Origin: a phage
Length of the DNA: 64,000 nucleotides
Strand: one strand, 5' to 3'
Sequence record: OZ335959.1
The notes beneath the pieces are model-generated. The model did no database searches, was not told the origin of the DNA, and saw nothing but the letters and a program-made list of their open reading frames with translations. The stretch's first letter is position 1. Each line of letters begins with the position of its first letter. Both the position numbers and the translations under genes were made by a program. This document shows, one piece after another, positions 46,984 through 56,332 of this stretch.

Positions 46984-47481
46984 TTATGCACAGCGGGCTT
47001 TGCTATAGTGTTTAATCCAACTTTCGGGAATGACTTTGTATGTTCCTAAAAATACAGCATTGTACAACTTAACACCATCTTCTACCCACTGATCAGTAAT
47101 GTATGCACACATAGCGCGAGTACGGTGTTTTTGAACAACCCCTTCCTCATCTTCAGTAAATTCGAATTCATAAGGAGCAACGAACTTAATAGCTTGACCG
47201 AGTTTCCACTTAAAGTCTACACCTACGTGCGAAGTATCAATCGTTTCAATTCCTTTAGCAGGAACAGCTTTCAAAAACGCAGACTCAAGAAATTTCGCAC
47301 GAACATAGCCAAACTGAGGTTTAGACTTTCCATCTTTAGGAATGATACGCACTTTTACTTCAGAATCTTCATCTTTAACGCCGTGTTTAAGCTGAATGCT
47401 TACAATTTCAACCAATTTTCCTGCTGCTTTAGAACGGGATTTATCAGATACACGAGCAATTTCACCAATATTAATAATCAT
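46984..47481 (-). CDS. hypothetical protein (165 aa; MotB-like by position), paralog of the next ORF
   Basis: C-terminal motif ITDQWVEDGVKLYNAV shared with ORF 47558-48100. Confidence 0.5.
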   Translation of the reverse strand: MIINIGEIARVSDKSRSKAAGKLVEIVSIQLKHGVKDEDSEVKVRIIPKDGKSKPQFGYVRAKFLESAFLKAVPAKGIETIDTSHVGVDFKWKLGQAIKFVAPYEFEFTEDEEGVVQKHRTRAMCAYITDQWVEDGVKLYNAVFLGTYKVIPESWIKHYSKARCA

Positions 47482-47523
47482 AGTTATCTCTCACTTGTTA
47501 AAAAGATTTTATACTCCACGGGA

Positions 47524-47558
47524 CCATTATACTCTGGTCCCAAGAGTTTGTAAACTAT
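47524..47558 (-). promoter_or_regulatory. early promoter module (-35 GTTTAC 47550-47555)
   Basis: Conserved module. Confidence 0.45.
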
Positions 47559-48100
47559 TAATTCAAAATAGCTACCACCGCACTACGGGGTACTACACTA
47601 AAATCACCTGCATGAACAACGTTCAGAAGTTCAACACCATCTTCAATCCATTGGTCTGTTACCCAACCACAGACCGAAATAAATGGGGTCTTAATAGCTA
47701 CAGCACGAGTTAGAAGGTCAGTAGGATCGCATTCTTGGAAGAGGATAAGCTCTGCTTCAAAGACTATAGTTTTAATTACTTCATCATTATCTAAGCGTTG
47801 TGCTCGAATCACATAAGCTTTATTCTTATCATACCAATTACTTTTTGAAAAACTTTTAACCACAAACTCGCCTTCACCAAAAACACTAGTCAATGCTTTA
47901 TAACCCAAACTTAGTTCAGTAGTTTTAATTTCAGTTTCAACCAGTTTGTAGATTTTGCCAATTTCAATGGTCCGAGCAGTCATAAAGGTTTCCTTAATTT
48001 CCAGTGGTTTAACAGGGCATACATAAGTGCTTACAACATCAAAATCAATCAGTTTAGCTACCGGATTTGGAGTGTATTCAGGATTATAATTAAATTTCAT
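47558..48100 (-). CDS. hypothetical protein (180 aa), paralog of the previous ORF
   Basis: C-terminal motif VTDQWIEDGVELLNVV. Confidence 0.5.
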   Translation of the reverse strand: MKFNYNPEYTPNPVAKLIDFDVVSTYVCPVKPLEIKETFMTARTIEIGKIYKLVETEIKTTELSLGYKALTSVFGEGEFVVKSFSKSNWYDKNKAYVIRAQRLDNDEVIKTIVFEAELILFQECDPTDLLTRAVAIKTPFISVCGWVTDQWIEDGVELLNVVHAGDFSVVPRSAVVAILN

Positions 48101-48654
48101 AATTGTCTCATTTCAATAAAATCTACAAGTTCAGCATGGGATTTACGGAACATTACTTGGTGTCCGCCAATGATAACTTCATCTTCAGGAACTTCATAAA
48201 TCGCAATGTACATTCCACGATCTTTTAAGTCTTCACGCTCTTCTCGGGTGAACCATCTCATCATATCATATTCACTAGCGAAAGCAAAATGGTATAATGC
48301 AATAAACCGCGATGGAATATACTTTTCAGACGGTGAATAATTTTTATCCCATTTAGTTTTAATAGCATTATTAGCATTTTCAACTAATAACTTATCATCG
48401 TGTGGAATAGGAATACTTTCATGGCTTTCATAATTATCGCTATGATGATGAAATGACGATGAATTAATACCACAAAATTTTAGCCAAGTTCGAGTTTTCA
48501 TAGAATCAAATCCACGATAAGGAGTTGATTGCACGCATAACTCTTGCCTAATTTTCACTATACCACTATCATCATTTAATGCGCTAAACGATGATTCAAC
48601 ACGATAAATTTTCATTTTATTATCCTCAGTAGCTATGGTGTTATAATACCACAA
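48097..48654 (-). CDS. hypothetical protein (185 aa; possibly shorter from MKIYRVE)
   Basis: ORF. Confidence 0.5.
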   Translation of the reverse strand: MWYYNTIATEDNKMKIYRVESSFSALNDDSGIVKIRQELCVQSTPYRGFDSMKTRTWLKFCGINSSSFHHHSDNYESHESIPIPHDDKLLVENANNAIKTKWDKNYSPSEKYIPSRFIALYHFAFASEYDMMRWFTREEREDLKDRGMYIAIYEVPEDEVIIGGHQVMFRKSHAELVDFIEMRQL

Positions 48655-48675
48655 CTAACCGAGGAAGTAAACAAC
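48638..48675 (-). promoter_or_regulatory. early promoter module (-35 GTTTAC 48667-48672)
   Basis: Conserved module. Confidence 0.45.
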
Positions 48676-48678
48676 TTT

Positions 48679-49362
48679 TTATCGTTTTGTTGGAAGAGAT
48701 AGAGGATCGCACTCTTCCTCTGACGGAGCATCTTCAAGACCCATAGCATACCGCAAAGCATACTTCATCATCAGGATGTCTTTCGCACAGTCATGAATAG
48801 AATCATGCGCAACGAACCCGTCTAAAGTTCCCTTTGGAAGAGGACATGTGGTCATATCACGAACAAGCAGAAGTGCTTCAATTCTGGTGCGAATATCGCG
48901 TTGATTCCAGAATTTACAAGGTTCTAACTTAAACGTATCAAGCTCATTCTCGGAAACGCCATTAAGACGTTGAATATCACGAATGAGATCAACTAAAATA
49001 GGAAAATCAAACGACATTCCACGGCACCAGCCTTGAGATTTCCAAGGATCGATATTATGCGCATTGATGTAATCATTAAATTTTGCAATACCATCGATAG
49101 TGCTTACATCTTCATCTGATGGCGCAATATTTTTTCGAGCTTCAGGAGATTGATTTTTCCACCATTCGATAGTGCTTTTAGTAAAAAGACGATGTCCTTT
49201 TTGGCTTTTTAAATCAAACTTGATTTTAATGCCGCGTGAAACTAATTCATCAAACGTTTCAACTACTTCTGGATTAGGGTCAAAGGCAATAACAGCCAAA
49301 TCAATAACAGCTGCCTTTTCACCGCTTCCCATTGTTTCAAAATCTATAATAAAATCAAACAT
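48679..49362 (-). CDS. dexA: exonuclease A (DEDD-type 3'-5' exonuclease)
   Basis: 227-aa ORF (same length as T4 DexA); N-terminal DFETMG exonuclease motif. Confidence 0.85.
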   Translation of the reverse strand: MFDFIIDFETMGSGEKAAVIDLAVIAFDPNPEVVETFDELVSRGIKIKFDLKSQKGHRLFTKSTIEWWKNQSPEARKNIAPSDEDVSTIDGIAKFNDYINAHNIDPWKSQGWCRGMSFDFPILVDLIRDIQRLNGVSENELDTFKLEPCKFWNQRDIRTRIEALLLVRDMTTCPLPKGTLDGFVAHDSIHDCAKDILMMKYALRYAMGLEDAPSEEECDPLSLPTKR

Positions 49363-49637
49363 TAAATTTTCCTCGCTAAATCGCGAATTTGACCTACAGT
49401 ATAATCTTGGATATAAACTTTATTGATGGGCTCATCAATAAATTTTGTCATAGATTCAATATCTTTTTGTATCTCTTCAAGACTGTATACTATCTTTAAA
49501 GCTTTTTCGCGAATAGTAACATTATCAGGTCCTGGATTTTCTTGAATGACAGCTTTAACATTTGCCATAAGAGATTTAAACTGATGCAAACTTAATTCAA
49601 TCATTAATAACCGCCTTATAAAGATGGCTAATTTCAC
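49362..49637 (-). CDS. hypothetical protein (91 aa)
   Basis: ORF. Confidence 0.45.
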   Translation of the reverse strand: MKLAIFIRRLLMIELSLHQFKSLMANVKAVIQENPGPDNVTIREKALKIVYSLEEIQKDIESMTKFIDEPINKVYIQDYTVGQIRDLARKI

Positions 49638-49857
49638 CTAAAATATAATCACTGATTGTAACAGTTTTCACTTCACCACAAAAGAATTCTAACGCGATCA
49701 AATCTCGTTCAATTTCTTCCAATTGAAGCATTAACTTGCCTGATTTAATTTTTACATTTGTACGATTTTTACTATAAGCTATTTCATAAATTTCGCTCAC
49801 TTTATCTTGAAGCAGATAAAACTGATCTTTAGTTATTTCCACGAATAGCTTCCTCAA
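49597..49857 (-). CDS. hypothetical protein (86 aa)
   Basis: ORF. Confidence 0.45.
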   Translation of the reverse strand: MRKLFVEITKDQFYLLQDKVSEIYEIAYSKNRTNVKIKSGKLMLQLEEIERDLIALEFFCGEVKTVTISDYILGEISHLYKAVIND

Positions 49858-50089
49858 ATTTAATCAGCAGCTTACAGACACTTTCATCTAGCGTAATTAC
49901 AGTGTCTATATTACTGTGATATGATTGTTTTTCAATTCGTTTAATTGCTAGTATAGTATCACTTATAAGATTAAGCTTATAAAGGAGCTCAGCTCCTGTT
50001 ACCATAACACTGAGGTTATCTTGCTTATCAGTATGCTTCTTTATACCATCTATTAGACGATTTAAATATTTTGAATTGATGTTAATCAT
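49829..50089 (-). CDS. hypothetical protein (86 aa)
   Basis: ORF. Confidence 0.45.
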   Translation of the reverse strand: MININSKYLNRLIDGIKKHTDKQDNLSVMVTGAELLYKLNLISDTILAIKRIEKQSYHSNIDTVITLDESVCKLLIKFEEAIRGNN

Positions 50090-50095
50090 ATATCC

Positions 50096-51415
50096 TCACA
50101 CATAAAACACATCATAACGACCACGAGTGACACCAACATAAAGAAGCTGCTGAGCCAATTCAGCATCTGCATAATGAATACAAGGCGTATAGATGAAAGC
50201 ACGGTCTACAGACATGCCCTGAGCTTTATGGAATGTTGATGCAGGAAGTGCTTTCACTTTACTAAACTGTGATTTAGCATCCCAAAAATCACTCCACGGA
50301 GCTTTTCCACCTTTATTCCAATTTTTATACGTTTCTGCCGTTTTACCTAAAAATAAGTTAAACTTATACAGCTCTTCATCAGATGAAATTATTTTAATCT
50401 TTTCACGATAATATTCATCATCGCCGTAAGTTTCTACTGTTAAATCCCAATGACGAATTAGATATTCTCCAGAAACACCACGAGCTTTAACAAATGTTGA
50501 TGTATACTCTGCTTCTATAATACGAACTAATTGTCCGTTATTAAAAATAATTTCTGACACAGGCTTTCCATCAATTTTATATGTTTTAATTAATGGTTCC
50601 TGCATTACAATAATTTCACCAACGATAAAATCTTTATCAGTTTCAAAAATCTTTTTGCGAATAATGCTATTTAACTTGTCGACAGATTTATTCGTAAATG
50701 CCATTACGCGATTTTCAAACAAATCATCTAATGATTTTACGATTGAAAAATAATTTACCATAAAATCGCGTAAAGCGGTATCACCAGTAAATCCACGTAC
50801 TCCATGCCCGTCAACAACTTTATCATAAATCCACTTACCGTTGCGAACATCAGTAGCTACATCAATAATAGGAGCATTACTGCGTTTAACTTCAGTGAGT
50901 TCACACTGATAAAAATCTTTATGCGTAAAGAATGGACTGATATAAGCAGTGTTTTCTCCTGGGTCAACAGGTCTAATTTGCTTATTATCGCCTATTCCAA
51001 TTATAGTACACCACGGCGGGATAGTTGAAAGCAGAATTTTAAATAGCTTTCTATCATACATTGACACTTCGTCGCAGATTAATACTCTGCATTTAGCTAA
51101 ATCCGGTACTTCTTTTTGTTCAAAAAGAACGTTTTCTTCATATGTTACCGGGTTAATTTTGAGAATACTGTGAATAGTACTCGCTTCTTTCCCTGACAGT
51201 TTAGAAAGAATCTTTTTAGCTGCATGAGTAGGAGCTGCTAAAATAATGCCAGTTTCGCCCGTAGATATTAAGGCTTCAATGATGAACTTAGTAAGAGTAG
51301 TCTTACCAGTACCAGCAGGTCCATTAATAGTTACATGATGTTTCTTTTCTTTAATAGCCCTCATAACGATGTTAAAGGCATTTTTCTGGCCTTCGGTCAA
51401 ATCATCAAATGTCAT
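50096..51415 (-). CDS. dda: Dda DNA helicase (SF1B)
   Basis: 439-aa ORF with Walker A GPAGTGKT and SF1 helicase motifs; same length as T4 Dda. Confidence 0.93.
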   Translation of the reverse strand: MTFDDLTEGQKNAFNIVMRAIKEKKHHVTINGPAGTGKTTLTKFIIEALISTGETGIILAAPTHAAKKILSKLSGKEASTIHSILKINPVTYEENVLFEQKEVPDLAKCRVLICDEVSMYDRKLFKILLSTIPPWCTIIGIGDNKQIRPVDPGENTAYISPFFTHKDFYQCELTEVKRSNAPIIDVATDVRNGKWIYDKVVDGHGVRGFTGDTALRDFMVNYFSIVKSLDDLFENRVMAFTNKSVDKLNSIIRKKIFETDKDFIVGEIIVMQEPLIKTYKIDGKPVSEIIFNNGQLVRIIEAEYTSTFVKARGVSGEYLIRHWDLTVETYGDDEYYREKIKIISSDEELYKFNLFLGKTAETYKNWNKGGKAPWSDFWDAKSQFSKVKALPASTFHKAQGMSVDRAFIYTPCIHYADAELAQQLLYVGVTRGRYDVFYV

Positions 51416-51723
51416 CGTAAATTCCCTGCAATTGGTATACTAACAATACGCCCAGTATCTAAAATTCGCCGATATAATCTTTGTGTGTCTACATCAGGCT
51501 TAACATGTTTAACTTCTATTTTATTAAACCAAAACTTGCGTGGAGTTTCAACTAATCTCGGAATTCCCATACCTAAAGCTAGTCGATACTGATCTTTAAG
51601 AGTTGTAAATACTTTATCAGCAATCTCCCTTTCAAAAAATACAGCAGGGCGATGTTCATCGAGCGGAACTGGCACTGCAAATCCATCTTTATCTCTATAC
51701 ACTATCGCATATACATAAAACAT
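51412..51723 (-). CDS. hypothetical protein (103 aa)
   Basis: ORF. Confidence 0.5.
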   Translation of the reverse strand: MFYVYAIVYRDKDGFAVPVPLDEHRPAVFFEREIADKVFTTLKDQYRLALGMGIPRLVETPRKFWFNKIEVKHVKPDVDTQRLYRRILDTGRIVSIPIAGNLR

Positions 51724-51724
51724 A

Positions 51725-52471
51725 TTATCCTCGGATAAGTTTAAAAATTGAACAATTTAGCGGGTATCCTCTTTTTAGTTTAAGTTTATCAATAAAAGAC
51801 AAGTTTTGATACCGCTCTACACCTTGAATAATTTTATCACACATATCATATTGCATTTCTGCTTCTGACAGCTTTTTCACAGTTTTCCAATCAGAGCCTT
51901 TAAGAAGAACGTTCAATTTAACAACTTCAGTGCCTTCTGCTATACGAGAACCATCAATACGAGCTTTGAGTGCTACAATCGTTAGCTTAATGTCAGAGGT
52001 TTGTTTTGATTTAGAAAGCTGAGAAATGTGTTCAATTCGGTTTTCACGTTTTTTCTGTATAGCTTTAATTTGATTATAAGTCTTTTTGATTTTAGCCCAT
52101 TTCTTTTCATCTAAATTTAGTTTATGAACTTTTTTCGCAGATGAACGACCAATTCGCAAAGCAAATAAATCACGCTTTTCAATCAACTCTTCTAAAGTAT
52201 AATCAGAACGAAATGTATTGTACTTTTTCTTTACTGCAATAACATTCCCTTTAATGTATCCAACGTTATTATCAAAACGTTCTAATGATAATTTCTCTCC
52301 TTCAATACGATTATCAAAAGGTTCTCCCGAGTAAGCGCAAACTTTCTGATCTAAAATGTTCTTAATGTAATTGAAGTCTAAGTTAAAATCTTTAGAACGT
52401 CTTTTAGCAGATGCCTGAGTATGCTCTAGACGACGTGTAATTTTACGAATTTGATTTTTAGACAGTTTCAT
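51725..52471 (-). CDS. srd: Srd-like protein (248 aa)
   Basis: Position between dda and modA; Lys-rich ORF. Confidence 0.5.
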   Translation of the reverse strand: MKLSKNQIRKITRRLEHTQASAKRRSKDFNLDFNYIKNILDQKVCAYSGEPFDNRIEGEKLSLERFDNNVGYIKGNVIAVKKKYNTFRSDYTLEELIEKRDLFALRIGRSSAKKVHKLNLDEKKWAKIKKTYNQIKAIQKKRENRIEHISQLSKSKQTSDIKLTIVALKARIDGSRIAEGTEVVKLNVLLKGSDWKTVKKLSEAEMQYDMCDKIIQGVERYQNLSFIDKLKLKRGYPLNCSIFKLIRG

Positions 52472-52494
52472 ATTTTTCTCACGGACGGGTTAAC

Positions 52495-52534
52495 TACTTA
52501 TACTATAACATTTTTACTTCAGCTTGTAAACAAC
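52495..52534 (-). promoter_or_regulatory. early promoter module (-35 GTTTAC 52526-52531)
   Basis: Conserved module. Confidence 0.45.
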
Positions 52535-52587
52535 TTTATGAAAAATGCTTTAAAACTTTCATGGTATAATGAATCTAAGTCCTTCCA

Positions 52588-53190
52588 TTATAGATTAAAT
52601 CCTTCAAAATCAAGAGTATAAATAGTGTATGTTGAATACTTTTTATACTCGTATCTATCCGCAATTCTAAATACACTTCCAGCTGGTATCATTACTTCTT
52701 GTTCATCTGAAACTAATTCCATATTACGATAACGATGGCTATCCGGAAATTTAAAACTTGGACTATATTCTTTACAGCGTAGAGCTTTTATAGCATACTC
52801 CTGGAAATTAAACACCATAGGAGCTTTGAATTCAAAAATAACTTGTGTGTTGTATTCTAATCCAGAAGCAAAATGTAGAGCTATATTTTTATCATATGAA
52901 GCTGATGCTACTTTATCAAATGTAATAATATCAATTCCTTGATTTAACACCTGCTTAGTCTCAACTGGAACACCTCTCCAAAGAGGTTTATCGTTTGGAA
53001 CCAAACGAGATTTGATTATTTCATTTAACCAAGAATGATCGTCTGGCTTATTAGTAATACAATGAATTAAAAGTTCAATTTCGGATAAATTAAATCCTTC
53101 AGAAAGTAATTCTTCACGAATAGAAGCACGCACCGATGCATCCATTGATTTGATTTTAAAATCTTTTAATTGCATTGCTGAATATTTCAT
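52588..53190 (-). CDS. modA: ModA mono-ADP-ribosyltransferase
   Basis: 200-aa ORF with R (LWRG), S-x-S and EQEVMIP (E-x-E) ART motifs. Confidence 0.8.
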   Translation of the reverse strand: MKYSAMQLKDFKIKSMDASVRASIREELLSEGFNLSEIELLIHCITNKPDDHSWLNEIIKSRLVPNDKPLWRGVPVETKQVLNQGIDIITFDKVASASYDKNIALHFASGLEYNTQVIFEFKAPMVFNFQEYAIKALRCKEYSPSFKFPDSHRYRNMELVSDEQEVMIPAGSVFRIADRYEYKKYSTYTIYTLDFEGFNL

Positions 53191-53810
53191 TCAACTACCT
53201 CAATATCATACACTTTAAATGTTCCAAATGAATCATGTAATTTTTCTTTTGAAATAGAAGTTATTTTATACTTTCCAATTGGAATCATCCATTCTTGTTC
53301 ACGTACAATCATCATTAAGTTATCAGTACGTTCTGAATCTAATCCATCAGTATCTTCATATGTATACTTAAACTCAGTATTAGGAGAAGAAAGTATAATA
53401 TCACTGATATGGTCAGAATAATTAAAAGCTTTATCAGTTTTTAAGCGAAATATTATTTCAGTGGAATATTCAACATAAGAAAAACCACATGCTGTGTGCA
53501 AACTAGTAGTAAATGAATCTACTCTGTTCGTTGAAAACACTTCTCCAACTTGTAAATCTTTAATGAGTTCTTTTGTCGATTTTGATATACCACGATATAG
53601 CTGATAAGGCGATTTAGTTAAATGCTTTTTAATGATTTTATTCAACTGCCGATGAAGAGCTTCATTCTTTTTGGCTTCCATACATTGCCAAAGAACTGAC
53701 TGTTCAAAGTCAGTAAATTTTTCACAGACCTTTTTATACATATCATATTGAAAATCGACACTTTCAGCTTTTATAGATAACTGTTCAACATCTGCAAGAT
53801 TAATAATCAT
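53187..53810 (-). CDS. modB: ModB mono-ADP-ribosyltransferase
   Basis: 207-aa ORF with LYRG, STS-like and REQEWMIP motifs; paralog of modA. Confidence 0.8.
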   Translation of the reverse strand: MIINLADVEQLSIKAESVDFQYDMYKKVCEKFTDFEQSVLWQCMEAKKNEALHRQLNKIIKKHLTKSPYQLYRGISKSTKELIKDLQVGEVFSTNRVDSFTTSLHTACGFSYVEYSTEIIFRLKTDKAFNYSDHISDIILSSPNTEFKYTYEDTDGLDSERTDNLMMIVREQEWMIPIGKYKITSISKEKLHDSFGTFKVYDIEVVE

Positions 53811-53831
53811 GATAGCCTCCGTATACTTCAG

Positions 53832-53870
53832 AAGCTATCATATCATTGTTAGGAAGGAAAGTAAACAACT
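53832..53870 (-). promoter_or_regulatory. early promoter module (-35 GTTTAC 53861-53866)
   Basis: Conserved module. Confidence 0.45.
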
Positions 53871-53878
53871 TTTTTGAA

Positions 53879-54061
53879 TTATTTTGCCCAGGGAGCCCAG
53901 GGCGGAGGGTCAAGATGGTATGAAGCTAGTTCTTCTAGAAGAGCATCTGAGGCTTCAATTCCATAATTCTGTAATACTATACGGTACTCTTTCTTATAAT
54001 CACTAGAATCATTCTGGATATTCGTAGAATGATTATCTTCTAACATCTCAAATAAATCCAT
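53879..54061 (-). CDS. hypothetical protein (60 aa)
   Basis: ORF; GC-rich 3' end encoding PPPWAPWAK. Confidence 0.4.
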   Translation of the reverse strand: MDLFEMLEDNHSTNIQNDSSDYKKEYRIVLQNYGIEASDALLEELASYHLDPPPWAPWAK

Positions 54062-54069
54062 ATTAATTC

Positions 54070-54540
54070 CTAGCGATAAAAACCAAAATGACGATTAGCT
54101 TCAATAATCTTTCTTTCTTCTTCGGACATTCTCCAGCGTAGTCCAACATCAAAATGAGCCCAGACCATCTTAACAAATGCATTTATATCTTTAATATCTT
54201 CAATAATGAATGTTTTACTTTTATAAGGTTGACTAGCTAATTTAACTTTATCGTCTTCAAACAGGTCAAAAAGACCATATTCATGAGCTCTTTTATAGCC
54301 TTTAATAGTTAAAGCTTCAGAAGAAGAAAACGGTGAATCGGTATTCTGTAAAATATCTTCAGTATGCTTTATAATTAGAATAACATTTTCTGGATATTTT
54401 CTTTCTTTTATATCTTTAATTAAAAAATCCGGATTTTCTGCTAAAGGAATAATTAATGAGCAATTTTTATTAAGTGTATTTACTGATTTACCTTCTTTAG
54501 ACATAAATTCTATTGAATATCGTTTTGCTACTTCAATCAT
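54070..54540 (-). CDS. hypothetical protein (156 aa)
   Basis: ORF. Confidence 0.5.
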   Translation of the reverse strand: MIEVAKRYSIEFMSKEGKSVNTLNKNCSLIIPLAENPDFLIKDIKERKYPENVILIIKHTEDILQNTDSPFSSSEALTIKGYKRAHEYGLFDLFEDDKVKLASQPYKSKTFIIEDIKDINAFVKMVWAHFDVGLRWRMSEEERKIIEANRHFGFYR

Positions 54541-54693
54541 GTGATTTCCTTTTGCCTACTAATGGACCGTCAGGAATTTTGTTTTCCTGGATATATTTCT
54601 CATTTTCTTCCATCATTTTACTGCCAATTTTAAGAAGCAAATCCATTGCTTCATTTGCTTTAGCTTTAGCCTCTTCTAACGTCATATCTCTGT

Positions 54694-54897
54694 TCACGAT
54701 TTATCCCCATAGATGTCTCTCATCAATTTAAGCGCTGAGCGTTCTAATTTCTTTTCTTTCTCGGCACTAATCATTGATTTCATCCATTCTTCTGATTCAT
54801 TCTGCATTTCTTTATTTGCTTGTTCAACCCAACCATCATCAATATACATTGAGTTTGGTCTATTGAACCATTCAAGCATTTTCTTCAGAACTTTCAT
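54694..54897 (-). CDS. hypothetical protein (67 aa)
   Basis: ORF. Confidence 0.45.
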   Translation of the reverse strand: MKVLKKMLEWFNRPNSMYIDDGWVEQANKEMQNESEEWMKSMISAEKEKKLERSALKLMRDIYGDKS

Positions 54898-55369
54898 TTG
54901 TTTTACCTAAAATAACAGTAGGAGCATCATCAAATTCATGAATTTTTAGCAAATTTGGATGTAAACTATTCCATACAGAAGAAATAAAGTATGATAAAGC
55001 ATCTTCACTTGCAATTATAAATTTATTTCCTTTATCTATTTTCCAACTATATACTGAATCATACGAATAAAAAGATAAAGGTTTATCATTATATTGTTCT
55101 GCGCTAACATTAATGTATTCTGATTTAGTAAATGCTTCAATTGCTCTAAATGGAATATTTGGTACAGTTTCAATAATACCAATCTTTTTAAGTTTTATTT
55201 CAGCATCTTCTGGAACTGGCATTGAAACGAAATTTTCTACGAGATACATTGGGTCACAATAACCCTTATCAATCATTACTGCTACGGTAATTGGAACGTC
55301 TTTAGCAAACGACAAACTATTACTGCTAATATACATTTCAAACAAAATCGCTTCCATAATTTTCCTCAA
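54872..55369 (-). CDS. hypothetical protein (165 aa, or 161 aa from second ATG; position of T4 mrh)
   Basis: ORF. Confidence 0.5.
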   Translation of the reverse strand: MRKIMEAILFEMYISSNSLSFAKDVPITVAVMIDKGYCDPMYLVENFVSMPVPEDAEIKLKKIGIIETVPNIPFRAIEAFTKSEYINVSAEQYNDKPLSFYSYDSVYSWKIDKGNKFIIASEDALSYFISSVWNSLHPNLLKIHEFDDAPTVILGKTNESSEENA

Positions 55370-55704
55370 TCACAAGATGTAGATGAACAACTAGAATCAC
55401 AAGAACTTCCACATGAATCGCCCGTCCATACATGAACAGGAACATTAGTGTCATATGAATCAGAACTAGACTGTGTATTCTGCGTATTAGATGATGTAGG
55501 TATTGACCAGCGCCAAGGATTTTTATAATATTCCTGGGCTTCTTCATAAGTCATAGTAACTGCTTCTACTGTTCCATCTCCCATATAAACATATTCAACT
55601 ACAGTTAAAGGAAGGTAGTCATTTGAAATAGGAACTACACCTTCTCCGGGAGTTGTAGAGAAAAAATCCGTAAAGAAACTTTTAAACCAATTAAAGATAA
55701 ACAT
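55366..55704 (-). CDS. hypothetical protein with Ser/Cys-rich C-terminal tail (112 aa)
   Basis: C-terminus [18 protein letters not shown]. Confidence 0.5.
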   Translation of the reverse strand: MFIFNWFKSFFTDFFSTTPGEGVVPISNDYLPLTVVEYVYMGDGTVEAVTMTYEEAQEYYKNPWRWSIPTSSNTQNTQSSSDSYDTNVPVHVWTGDSCGSSCDSSCSSTSCD

Positions 55705-55916
55705 TACAAAAAGCCTCTTTGAAATTCGACTCTTTGAAATCCACCCCAGTCAGTGTATCGCATTTCAGCATTGAACTCGACTGAACCATCTGCATGCATC
55801 ATGAATGAATGCGTGACGATATCACAATCCCAGCTTTTCATACCCCATTTATCAGAGATAGCTTTATCAAGAACCTTCTGGAGGTCTTCATTTGGTTTAA
55901 TCCAACGATTTAACAT
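55704..55916 (-). CDS. hypothetical protein (70 aa)
   Basis: ORF downstream of promoter module. Confidence 0.5.
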   Translation of the reverse strand: MLNRWIKPNEDLQKVLDKAISDKWGMKSWDCDIVTHSFMMHADGSVEFNAEMRYTDWGGFQRVEFQRGFL

Positions 55917-55938
55917 AGTGCTCTCCTCTATAAGATAA

Positions 55939-55975
55939 TTCTATTATACCATACTTGTTTTGGAAAGTAAACCGG
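55939..55975 (-). promoter_or_regulatory. early promoter module (-35 GTTTAC 55967-55972)
   Basis: Conserved module. Confidence 0.45.
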
Positions 55976-55982
55976 TAAAATG

Positions 55983-56009
55983 AAAAAAGGACTCCCGAAG
56001 GAGTCCTTG
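55983..56009 (-). terminator. rho-independent terminator after soc (GGACUCC-CGAA-GGAGUCC plus U-run)
   Basis: Identical hairpin to 2874-2891. Confidence 0.55.
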
Positions 56010-56014
56010 AATTA

Positions 56015-56260
56015 TTAACCACCAGTTACTTTCCACAAATCTTCGTTTGCAGTAATCCATGCATCACGTTGATTTTCTTCGTATACAGTAGTATATGCTG
56101 CTTTTTCTGAAGGGAATGTCTGGTAATGAGCGCCAGAAATTTTGTGAACGTCAGAATAAAGAGGGAAAGCTACAGAAATTTCCTTTCCTTCAATTTTCTT
56201 ATTTCCATCTAATTTCTGCTCAAATGTTTTAATATTAACATAACCGCGAGTACTAGCCAT
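56015..56260 (-). CDS. soc: Soc small outer capsid protein
   Basis: 81-aa ORF MASTRGYVNIKTF..., matching T4 Soc; late promoter upstream. Confidence 0.9.
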   Translation of the reverse strand: MASTRGYVNIKTFEQKLDGNKKIEGKEISVAFPLYSDVHKISGAHYQTFPSEKAAYTTVYEENQRDAWITANEDLWKVTGG

Positions 56261-56290
56261 GTAATTCTCCTTTTATTTAAATTACATGAC

Positions 56291-56298
56291 TATTTATA
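56291..56298 (-). promoter_or_regulatory. late promoter TATAAATA upstream of soc
   Basis: Exact TATAAATA on minus strand 30 nt upstream of soc ATG. Confidence 0.6.
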
Positions 56299-56332
56299 AT
56301 AAATTCTCACAGCTTTTAAGCCGTCGTTTATA

